From contig CADCGZ010000010.1 in NCBI GenBank assembly GCA_902801025.1, positions 1,551-65,550 on the forward strand: 64,000 nt of DNA, read 5' to 3'. Position 1 is the first letter of the stretch. Each line of letters begins with the position of its first letter. The translations under genes were made by a program, and so were the position numbers. The notes beneath the pieces were generated by a model. It was not told the origin of the DNA and made no database searches. It saw nothing but the letters and a program-made list of their open reading frames with translations. This document shows, piece after piece, positions 35,150-43,517 of the stretch. This stretch comes from an uncultured bacterium (GTDB taxonomy: Bacteria > Verrucomicrobiota > Kiritimatiellia > RFP12 > UBA1067).

Positions 35150-37213
35150 ATGAAGAAGATTTTATTGACAGCTACGGCCGCTCTTGCGGCCACCCAGCTC
35201 ATCGCCGTGACTGACGCGCGTCGCGAAGAATGCCGCGCCAAGGCACGCGAACTCGTCGCGAAGCTTTCGCCGGCGAACTGCGAACGCCTCTCCAACGGCG
35301 GCTCGCCCGAGATCAAGGAACTCGGCATTCCGCGCTATTCGTGGTGGAACGAGGCGTTGCACGGTATCGCCCGGTGCGGACTTGCGACCGTCTTCCCGCA
35401 GGCGATCGGCCGTGCGGCGACCTTTGACCTCGCGGTCGAAAAGGAAGTCGCCGATATTATCGCCATCGAGGCGCGTGCGAAGCACAACCTCTTCCGTGCG
35501 AAGGGTGCGACGGATTTGTATACGGGCCTCACGCTGTGGAGTCCGAACGTGAACCTCTTCCGCGATCCGCGGTGGGGACGTGGACACGAGACCTTCGGCG
35601 AAGACCCGTACCTTACCGGACGGATGGGTGTCACGTTTGTGAAAGGACTCCAAGGCGACGATCCGAACTACCTGATGACGTCTGCCTGCGCGAAGCATTA
35701 CGCCGTCCATTCCGGTCCTGAGGCCAAGCGACATGAGTTCAATGTCAATATCGACAAGCGCGACCTCTACGAGTACTATCTCGCGTCCTTCAAGCCGCTC
35801 GTCACCGAGGCGAAGGTCGATAGCGTGATGGGCGCGTACTCGGCCGTTAATGGCGTGCCGTGCTGCGCAAATAAGTTTTTGCTCCGTGACGTTCTGCGTG
35901 ACGAGTGGGGTTTTAAGGGACACGTCGTCTCTGATGTCGGCGCCTGTTCGGACGTCTGGCGCAACCACAAGTATGTTAAGACGGATAAGGAAGCGGCGCT
36001 CGCGTGCCTTGAGGGCGGCCTTGACCTCTGCAACGACGGCACCTACGGTTCGATTCGTGGCGATCTCGAAAAGGGTAAGATCGACCGCAAGGTCGTGGAG
36101 GAGGCGACCGTCAACCTGCTGGCGACGCGTCTTCTCCTCGGCAACATCGGCGGCGAGAAGACGCCGTGGGACGGCCTCGGCGAAAAGGACATCGCGACGC
36201 CCGAGCATCTCGCCGTCTCGCTCAAGTGCGCGGAAAAGTCGATTGTTCTCTTGAAGAATAACGGCGTCCTGCCGATCGACATGGCGAAGACGAAGCGCAT
36301 CGCGATGTGGGGCCGCCACAAGGAGGAGGGCGTCCTCCTCGGTAACTACAATGGACTCCCCGCCGATCCCGTCTCCATCTACCGTGCGTTCCTGCGCGAG
36401 CTCGGTCCCGGTAAGGGGATCGAAGAGAATTCGCATAACGGTGATGTCGTCATCGCCTGCATCGGCCTCACGCCGGGCGACGAGGGCGAGGGCGGCGACA
36501 AGAAGCACATCAACCTGCGCGACGACCAGCTCAAGCAGCTCCGGAAGGACCGCAAGGAGCATCCGAACGGAAAGATCGTCGCCGTCGTCTACGGCGGCAG
36601 CTGCATGGACCTCCGGGAGGTCAGCGAACTCTGTGACGCTGTCCTTCTCGCGTGGTATCCGGGCGATCAGGGCGGCACGGCGATTTACCGCACGATCGCG
36701 GGCCTTAACAATCCCGCAGGACGTCTCCCGATCACGTTCTATGGCGATACGACCAAGCTCCCCGATTTTGAGGACTACAAGCTCCCCGGCCGCACGTACC
36801 TCTACGGCACGGAGAACGTCGTCTATCCGTTTGGCTACGGCCTGAGCTACACCACGTTCGCGTACGCGAACGTGGAGGTGAAGGCGAAAGGTGAAGGTGA
36901 ACAGCGGACGGTCAAGGTTTCTGTTGCGGTGAAGAACTCCGGGAAGGTCGCGGGCGACGAGGTCGTGCAGCTCTACGTCCGCTCGCCGAAGGGCTCGGGC
37001 GACCGCCGCATCCACCACCTCGAGGGCTTCACGCGCGTCAGCCTCAAGCCCGGCGAGACGAAGACGGTCAGCTTCACGCTCAAGCCCGAGCAGCTCATGC
37101 AGTTCGGGATGGACGGCAAGCAGTCGCTCGCGAAGGGCTCGTACACGTTCTTCGTCGGCGGCGGCCAGCCCGGCTACGCCGAGAACGTCAAGAACGCCCA
37201 GCTGACCTTCTAA
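35150..37213 (+). CDS. Exported GH3 glycosidase, paralog B
   Basis: Same motif set as paralog A: YSWWNEALHG, KHYAVHSGPE, GHVVSDVGAC, GDEVVQLYVRSPKGSGDRRIHHLEGF. Confidence 0.85.
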   Translation: MKKILLTATAALAATQLIAVTDARREECRAKARELVAKLSPANCERLSNGGSPEIKELGIPRYSWWNEALHGIARCGLATVFPQAIGRAATFDLAVEKEVADIIAIEARAKHNLFRAKGATDLYTGLTLWSPNVNLFRDPRWGRGHETFGEDPYLTGRMGVTFVKGLQGDDPNYLMTSACAKHYAVHSGPEAKRHEFNVNIDKRDLYEYYLASFKPLVTEAKVDSVMGAYSAVNGVPCCANKFLLRDVLRDEWGFKGHVVSDVGACSDVWRNHKYVKTDKEAALACLEGGLDLCNDGTYGSIRGDLEKGKIDRKVVEEATVNLLATRLLLGNIGGEKTPWDGLGEKDIATPEHLAVSLKCAEKSIVLLKNNGVLPIDMAKTKRIAMWGRHKEEGVLLGNYNGLPADPVSIYRAFLRELGPGKGIEENSHNGDVVIACIGLTPGDEGEGGDKKHINLRDDQLKQLRKDRKEHPNGKIVAVVYGGSCMDLREVSELCDAVLLAWYPGDQGGTAIYRTIAGLNNPAGRLPITFYGDTTKLPDFEDYKLPGRTYLYGTENVVYPFGYGLSYTTFAYANVEVKAKGEGEQRTVKVSVAVKNSGKVAGDEVVQLYVRSPKGSGDRRIHHLEGFTRVSLKPGETKTVSFTLKPEQLMQFGMDGKQSLAKGSYTFFVGGGQPGYAENVKNAQLTF
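36928..37009 (+). repeat. 82-nt block identical to 41155-41236 (GH3 paralog B copy)
   Basis: Base-by-base comparison of ggtgaagaactccgggaaggtcgcgggcgacgaggtcgtgcagctctacgtccgctcgccgaagggctcgggcgaccgccgc shows no mismatch. Confidence 0.9.
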
Positions 37214-37226
37214 TTGGCGATTGACG

Positions 37227-39380
37227 ATGAAAAGACTTTTGTTTTCGGTAGTCCTTGCCTCGCTCATCGGATCGCTCTCGGCCGAGACGGCCCCGGAGGC
37301 GAAAATCGCCGCTTTCCGCGCCAAGGCGCGGAAACTCGTCTCTCAGATGACGCTTGCGGAGAAACGCAGTCAGCTGGTGAACGGGGCGGCTGGCATTAAG
37401 CGGCTTGGCATCCCGCCCTACGGGTGGTGGAACGAGGCGTTGCACGGCGTGGCGCGCAACGGGCGTGCAACCGTGTTTCCCCAGCCGATCGGACAGGCGG
37501 CGTCGTTCAATCCCGACCTGATCAGGAAGGTGGCCGAGGCGATTGCGGACGAGGGACGCGCGAAGCACGCCGCCTCGCTTGCGAACCGGCGCACCGATTC
37601 GTACACCGGCCTCACCTACTGGAGTCCGAACGTCAACATCTTCCGCGATCCGCGCTGGGGCCGCGGCATGGAGACGTGGGGCGAGGACCCGTTCCTGACC
37701 GGTGTCCTCGGCGGCGCCTTCGTCCGCGGCATCCAGGGCGACGATCCCGTCTACTACAAGGCCACGGCCTGCGCGAAGCATTACGCCGTCCATTCGGGTC
37801 CCGAACCGAAGCGGCACAGCTTCAACGCCAAGCCGCCGAAGAAGGATCTCTACGAGACGTACCTGCCCGCCTTTGAGGCGCTCGTCAGGGAGGCGAAGGT
37901 GCAGTCCGTGATGAGCGCCTACAACGCCGTCTACGGCGAGAGCGCGACCTCAAGCGAGTTTCTGTTGAAGGACGTCCTGCGCAAGAGCTGGGGCTTCGAG
38001 GGCATCGTCGTCTCCGACTCCGGGGCGGTCGCGGACATTCGCGGGGGGCATCACCTCGAGAAGGAGCGCGAAGGCTCCGCGGCGCGTGCGCTGAACCACG
38101 GCCTGACCTACGAATGCGGTAGCGACTTCAGTGCGCTCGAGGGAGCTGTCGCGCGCGGTCTCGTCAAGGAGGAGGTCATTGACGCGGCGGTCGTGGACAT
38201 GCTGACGACGCGCTACCGTCTCGGCATCCTCGACGACGATCCGGACTGCCCGTACAACGCGGTGGACCCGGCTTGCGTCTGCTCCGAGGCGCACCGGACG
38301 CTGGCCCGCGAACTGGCGCGCGAGTCGATGGTGCTCTTGAAGAACGACCGCGGCGCGCTTCCGATCAGGCTTGAGAACCGCCAGCGGTGCATCGCGGTCA
38401 ACGGGTCGATCGCCTTCGACGGCTTCGCGCTGATGGGCAACTACTACGGTTTCAGCCCGAACCTCGTCACCTACATCGAGGGCATCGCGGACGCCCTTGG
38501 CAACGGACTGGGCCTCGCGTACAATCCGGGGTACTACTACGGCAAGACGGGCGGCGCGAGCTCGACCTGGGCCGGCGGCGACGTCGCCATCGCCTTCGTC
38601 GGCAACGTGCCGCTCTTCGAGGGCGAGGAAGGCGACGCCATCGGCTCCTCCGCCGGCGGCGACCGCAAGACGCTGGCGCTGCAGGAGGTGCAGCTCGAAA
38701 TGCTGCGCCGCCTCAGCAAGAGCCGTCCGGGCTACGCGCGTCTCGTCACGGTCGTCACGGGCGGAAGCCCGATCGCCCTCAAGGAGGTGATGGAGCTTTC
38801 GGACGCCGTCATCTTCGCGTGGTATCCGGGCGAGCAGGGCGGCCATGCCCTCGCCGATCTCCTCTTCGGCAAGGCCGACTTCACGGGACGTCTCCCGATG
38901 ACCTTCCCGGTCGATGAGACCGTCCTGCCGGATTTCGAGGACTACTCGATGAAGGGGCGCACCTACAAGTACCAGACCGAGGGCGTCTTCCTCCCGTTCG
39001 GCTACGGACTCTCCCTCGCGTCCGCCTCCTACGAGAAGGTCGAAGTTGCCGCGGATCGCGTTTCCGCTTCGGTGACGCTGAAGAACACCGGCAAGCGCGA
39101 GGCCGTTGAAACCGTCCAGCTCTACGTTGCGACGCCGAACGCCGGCAAGGGCGCGCCGCTCGCGTCCCTCGCCGGATTCGCGCGCGTCACGGTTCCGGCG
39201 GGCAAGACCGTCACGGCGACCGTTCCGATTGCAAACAAGTACGCGTTCACGGAGGTGACCGAGGACGGCGCGCGCGTGACGCCGAAGGGCGTCTACCGCG
39301 TCATCGCCGCCTCCGCCGCGCCCGGTGCGCGGAGCGACGAGCTTGGCGTCCGCAGGTGTGAAACAGCAATCAGGAAATGA
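37227..39380 (+). CDS. Exported GH3 glycosidase, paralog C (more divergent; beta-xylosidase-like)
   Basis: The track ORF starts at TTG 37221; I prefer ATG 37227 (MKRLLFSVVLASLIGSLSA). Blocks YGWWNEALHGVARNG, KHYAVHSGPE, GIVVSDSGAV. Confidence 0.8.
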   Translation: MKRLLFSVVLASLIGSLSAETAPEAKIAAFRAKARKLVSQMTLAEKRSQLVNGAAGIKRLGIPPYGWWNEALHGVARNGRATVFPQPIGQAASFNPDLIRKVAEAIADEGRAKHAASLANRRTDSYTGLTYWSPNVNIFRDPRWGRGMETWGEDPFLTGVLGGAFVRGIQGDDPVYYKATACAKHYAVHSGPEPKRHSFNAKPPKKDLYETYLPAFEALVREAKVQSVMSAYNAVYGESATSSEFLLKDVLRKSWGFEGIVVSDSGAVADIRGGHHLEKEREGSAARALNHGLTYECGSDFSALEGAVARGLVKEEVIDAAVVDMLTTRYRLGILDDDPDCPYNAVDPACVCSEAHRTLARELARESMVLLKNDRGALPIRLENRQRCIAVNGSIAFDGFALMGNYYGFSPNLVTYIEGIADALGNGLGLAYNPGYYYGKTGGASSTWAGGDVAIAFVGNVPLFEGEEGDAIGSSAGGDRKTLALQEVQLEMLRRLSKSRPGYARLVTVVTGGSPIALKEVMELSDAVIFAWYPGEQGGHALADLLFGKADFTGRLPMTFPVDETVLPDFEDYSMKGRTYKYQTEGVFLPFGYGLSLASASYEKVEVAADRVSASVTLKNTGKREAVETVQLYVATPNAGKGAPLASLAGFARVTVPAGKTVTATVPIANKYAFTEVTEDGARVTPKGVYRVIAASAAPGARSDELGVRRCETAIRK

Positions 39381-41440
39381 AGTCGATGAGAAAATTGCTT
39401 TTTGTCGGGACGGCGGCGCTGGTGTCCGCCAATCTGACGGCCGTGCCGTCCGATGCGCGGCGCGCGGAGGCGGAGAAGGAGGCCCAGGCCGTCTATGAAC
39501 AGCTGACGCCGGAGGAGTGCGTGAAGCTGGCGATGATGGACAGTCCCGCCGTGGATCGCATCGGGCTTCCGAAGTTCCACTGGTGGAGCGAGGCGCTTCA
39601 CGGGTATGCGTGGAGCGGGATGGCGACGGTGTTTCCGCAGTCCATCGGCCGCGCCGCGACGTTCGACATCGAACTCGAGCGGCGTATGGCGGACGCGATC
39701 TCGACCGAGGCGCGTGCGAAGGTGAACCTCTATCGCAAGAGGGGTCTCCGCGGCAGCCGTCAGTGCCTGTCGCTGTGGAGTCCGAACGTGAACCTCGTGC
39801 GCGATCCGCGCTGGGGACGCGGACAGGAGACGTTCGGTGAAGACCCTTATCTCACCGGCCGCATGGGCACGGCGTTCGTGAAGGGCATCCAGGGTGACGA
39901 TCCGAAATTCCTCAAGGCCGTTGCGTGCGCGAAGCACTACGCCGTCCACTCGGGACCCGAACCGAAGCGCCACGAGTTCAACGTCGATCTCGACAAGCGC
40001 GACCTCTACGAATACTATCTCCAGTCCTTCAGGCCGCTCGTCACCGAGGGCAAGGTCGAGAGCGTCATGGGCGCGTATTCTGCCGTCAACGGCGTACCCT
40101 GCTGCGCGAGCAAGTTCCTGCTGCAGGACGTCCTGCGCGACGAATGGGGCTTCAGGGGGTCGGTCGTCTCCGATGTGGGTGCCGTCGATGACATCGCGAA
40201 GAACCACAAGTACCGGGCCAACACGTTCGAGGGCTGCCTGGCCGCGATCGAGGGCGGACTCGACCTCTGCAGCGAAGGGACGTACAGCCATCTTCGCGGA
40301 CCGATGCGCGAAGGGAAGATCAAGAAGGAGCTCCTCAAGAAGCCGCTTATGCACCTTTTGACAACGCGCGCGCTCCTCGGCGAGCTCAGTGCGGAGACGA
40401 AGACGCCGTGGGATCACCTCGGCGGCGAGGTGATCAACTGCGAGGCGCACAAGGCCATCGCCCGCGAAATCGCCGAGAAGTCCGCTGTCCTGGTCAAGAA
40501 CAACGGCATCCTGCCGCTCGATCAGAAGAAGTACAATTCGATCGGCGTCTGGGGCTGTGCGACGGACCAGGGAGTCCTGAGCGGCAACTACAGCGGACGC
40601 GCGCCGATCAACATGACGCTCCTGAGCGGGCTCATGCAGGAGGCCGAACCGGGCGTGTGCGTCGACTTCCGCCACGAAGGTGACGTCATCGTCACGGGTT
40701 TCCGCGTCGCCGACGAGGGCGAGGAACACGACCGCAAGGACCTCAAGCTCCAGCAGGGCTACGTCAACGAGCTTCGGAACGACCGCAAGAAGCATCCGAA
40801 CACGCCCGTCATCGGCGTCGTCTACGGCGGCAGCGCGGCGGATATCCGCGATATCATGGAGCTCTGCGACGCGGTGATCGTCGCGTTCTATCCGGGCGAA
40901 CAGGGCGGCACGGCCCTCGCCCGCATCATCTGCGGCAAGGTCTCGCCGTCGGGACGTCTTCCGATCACCTATTACAAGGACGTCGAGAAGCTTCCCGACT
41001 TCGAGGACTACCGGCTCCCGGGACATACGTATCGTTACGGACAGGAGAACGTCCTCTTTCCGTTTGGCTACGGCCTGAGCTATACCTCGTTCGCGTACGC
41101 AAATGTGAAGGTGGAGAAAGTAGGTGGAGGTGGAGGGGTGAAGGTGCGGGCGGAGGTGAAGAACTCCGGGAAGGTCGCGGGCGACGAGGTCGTGCAGCTC
41201 TACGTCCGCTCGCCGAAGGGCTCGGGCGACCGCCGCCGCCACCATCTCGAGGGCTTCAAGCGCGTGAGCCTCAAGCCTGGCGAGTCGAAGACTGTCTCGT
41301 TTAAGCTCAAGCCCGAGCAGATGATGCAGTTCGGCATGGACGGAAAGCAGTCACTCGCGAAGGGCGAGTACACCGTCTTCGTCGGCGGCGGACAGCCCGG
41401 CTTCACCGACGGCGTCCAGTCGGCCAAGGTCGGCTTCTGA
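39377..41440 (+). CDS. Exported GH3 glycosidase, paralog D
   Basis: The ATGA overlaps the paralog C stop. Blocks FHWWSEALHG, KHYAVHSGPE, GSVVSDVGAV, GDEVVQLYVRSPKGSGDRRRHHLEGF. Confidence 0.85.
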   Translation: MKSMRKLLFVGTAALVSANLTAVPSDARRAEAEKEAQAVYEQLTPEECVKLAMMDSPAVDRIGLPKFHWWSEALHGYAWSGMATVFPQSIGRAATFDIELERRMADAISTEARAKVNLYRKRGLRGSRQCLSLWSPNVNLVRDPRWGRGQETFGEDPYLTGRMGTAFVKGIQGDDPKFLKAVACAKHYAVHSGPEPKRHEFNVDLDKRDLYEYYLQSFRPLVTEGKVESVMGAYSAVNGVPCCASKFLLQDVLRDEWGFRGSVVSDVGAVDDIAKNHKYRANTFEGCLAAIEGGLDLCSEGTYSHLRGPMREGKIKKELLKKPLMHLLTTRALLGELSAETKTPWDHLGGEVINCEAHKAIAREIAEKSAVLVKNNGILPLDQKKYNSIGVWGCATDQGVLSGNYSGRAPINMTLLSGLMQEAEPGVCVDFRHEGDVIVTGFRVADEGEEHDRKDLKLQQGYVNELRNDRKKHPNTPVIGVVYGGSAADIRDIMELCDAVIVAFYPGEQGGTALARIICGKVSPSGRLPITYYKDVEKLPDFEDYRLPGHTYRYGQENVLFPFGYGLSYTSFAYANVKVEKVGGGGGVKVRAEVKNSGKVAGDEVVQLYVRSPKGSGDRRRHHLEGFKRVSLKPGESKTVSFKLKPEQMMQFGMDGKQSLAKGEYTVFVGGGQPGFTDGVQSAKVGF
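41155..41236 (+). repeat. 82-nt block identical to 36928-37009 (GH3 paralog D copy)
   Basis: See the paired entry at 36928-37009. The flanking sequence of the two paralogs is clearly diverged. Confidence 0.9.
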
Positions 41441-41479
41441 CTTCGCGAACCCTCAGAAGAAGGACAAGGGGATACGGGT

Positions 41480-43369
41480 ATGCACACCTGCACAAGAAAA
41501 CAGGCATTTGTTCTCGCGCTTGCCACCGCGCTGACGCTCGCCGGAACGGCTGAAGCGACGCGTCTCGGCGAAACGCGCACGCGTCAGTACCGTGAACTCC
41601 AGGCGCGCATATGCCGCGGATGGAACACGTGGTACAACAACAGCATGACGGCGCACACTTTTCTCCCAGACGGCTTCACGGTGAACTTCGGCGTCTCGCT
41701 GCACAACGGAAAGGAATACCGCCGCGAGTTTCTCAAGAACGGAAGATCAAGGACAGGCGTCATTCCGGGGCTGAGGTCCGATGACGGGCGCTACACGAGC
41801 GTCGAGATAGTCCAGAACCAGTTCGCCCTCACGCTCGAGACTGCGGCTGACGGAGAAGACCTCGTCGCGCTTGTGACGCCTTCGAACAAATGCGGGCATC
41901 TCGTCATAGCGGACGTTTTCTATCCGTGGGAGCGCGACGGAACCGTCGGGCGCGCGGGCGATCAGCTCTTCGGAATGCGAGGCGGACGCAGGTTCACCGT
42001 CTCCACCACGGCGGCTCCCGCGAAGATGCCGTACATGCCGTCCGGCTCTCCGCGCCTTGCCGTGCGGCTACAGGGGAAGATCGGCTTCTATACCGGCAGG
42101 GCGCGCACGCTCGAGGAAATCGAGAAGCTCATCGGCGAGCGCCGCGCCGAACAGGAGAAGCGCGTCGCGTCGTGGGGCGAGCATGCCGATTCGTTCCAGG
42201 GCATGCAGACGATCCTCGCGTGGAACACAATCTACGACGCGCCCAACAAGAGGGCCATAGCGCCCGTGAGCCGCAACTGGAACTACAACTGGGAGGGATG
42301 GGTCCTTTTCGACTGGGACACCTACTTCGCGGCATGGATGCTCTCGTCGTTCAACCGCGACCTCGCCTTCGCAAACGCCGTCGAGATCACGAAGAGCGTG
42401 ACGGGAGAGGGATTCGTCCCCAACTACAAGTCCGCGTCTGGCATATCCGCCGACCGCTCGCAGCCTCCCGTCGGCAGCCGCACGATTCTTGAAATCTACA
42501 GGCGCTATCCTGAAAAGTGGCTTCTGGAGGAGACTTACGACGAGCTCATTGCCTGGAATCGCTGGTGGCCGAAGGCCCGCATGTGCGGCGACGGGTTCCT
42601 CGCGTGGGGCACGCACGGCTGGAACAAAGACGGCACGCGCCGCGCCCAGGCGCTGCATCTGGCGAAGTACGAGTCGGGTCTCGACAACTCGCCCATGTTC
42701 GACGAAGCGAAAATGCTTCCGGAGACGTGCACGATGGACCAGGCGGACGTCGGGCTGATGGCGATGTACGTCATGGACTGCAAGGCGCTAGCCGAGATCG
42801 CCGGCATCCTCGACAGGCGCGGCGACCGCGAGGAGCTGCTCGGGCGCGCAAAGTCCTACGCTGACAAGCTCCAGACGATGTGGGACGATAAGACAGGCAT
42901 CTACCGCAACGTCAGGATGCCGGGGAACAGTTTCCTCGACGTCCTCTCGCCCTGCAACTTCTATCCGCTGCTCTCCGGCACGGCGACGAATGAGCAGGCC
43001 GACCGCATGATAAACGAGCACTATTTCAATCCGGAGGAGTTCTACGGCGAGTTCGTGATGCCTGCGAGCGCGCGCAATGCGAGGGGCTTCAAGGACAACA
43101 ACTACTGGCGCGGACGCATCTGGGCACCGCTGAACTTCCTTGTCTACCTCGGCATGAAGGACTACAGGACGCCGACAGTCGACAAGGCTCGCGCAGACCT
43201 CGTGGAGCGCTCGCGCAATTTGCTGATGAAGAACTGGAAGGAGAACGGCGGTATATACGAGAACTACAATTCCGTGACCGGTGCTGGCGGAGACGCAGGC
43301 GCGTCGGATGCCTTCTACCACTGGGGCGCGCTTCTCACGTTCATTGGAATCCTCGACAGCGGCAAGTAG
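41480..43369 (+). CDS. Exported (alpha/alpha)6-barrel glycosidase, GH63-like (MGH1/YgjK-type)
   Basis: Signal peptide present. Blocks WEGWVLFDWDTYFAAWMLS, KYESGLDNSPMFD, NYWRGRIWAPLNFLVYLGM. Confidence 0.7.
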   Translation: MHTCTRKQAFVLALATALTLAGTAEATRLGETRTRQYRELQARICRGWNTWYNNSMTAHTFLPDGFTVNFGVSLHNGKEYRREFLKNGRSRTGVIPGLRSDDGRYTSVEIVQNQFALTLETAADGEDLVALVTPSNKCGHLVIADVFYPWERDGTVGRAGDQLFGMRGGRRFTVSTTAAPAKMPYMPSGSPRLAVRLQGKIGFYTGRARTLEEIEKLIGERRAEQEKRVASWGEHADSFQGMQTILAWNTIYDAPNKRAIAPVSRNWNYNWEGWVLFDWDTYFAAWMLSSFNRDLAFANAVEITKSVTGEGFVPNYKSASGISADRSQPPVGSRTILEIYRRYPEKWLLEETYDELIAWNRWWPKARMCGDGFLAWGTHGWNKDGTRRAQALHLAKYESGLDNSPMFDEAKMLPETCTMDQADVGLMAMYVMDCKALAEIAGILDRRGDREELLGRAKSYADKLQTMWDDKTGIYRNVRMPGNSFLDVLSPCNFYPLLSGTATNEQADRMINEHYFNPEEFYGEFVMPASARNARGFKDNNYWRGRIWAPLNFLVYLGMKDYRTPTVDKARADLVERSRNLLMKNWKENGGIYENYNSVTGAGGDAGASDAFYHWGALLTFIGILDSGK

Positions 43370-43407
43370 CCCTAGATGCTGAAATAGATAGTGCATCCGC
43401 TGCCTTT

Positions 43408-43471
43408 GCGCGATTCTCATGGATTTTTTTACGCTGGCTTCACTTGTTGCTGTTTTAGAATATGATATAAT
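43408..43471 (+). promoter_or_regulatory. Direct-repeat operator (degenerate) + extended -10 promoter, site e
   Basis: GCGCGATTCTCAT (43408-43420) and a second TTCAC at 43439-43443, in 23-nt phase with the first. N19 follows, then TGATATAAT (43463-43471). Confidence 0.5.
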
Positions 43472-43517
43472 TCTCGAAAAGTCGTTTTGCGCCATAATTC
43501 ACTGAGATAATAGAATC

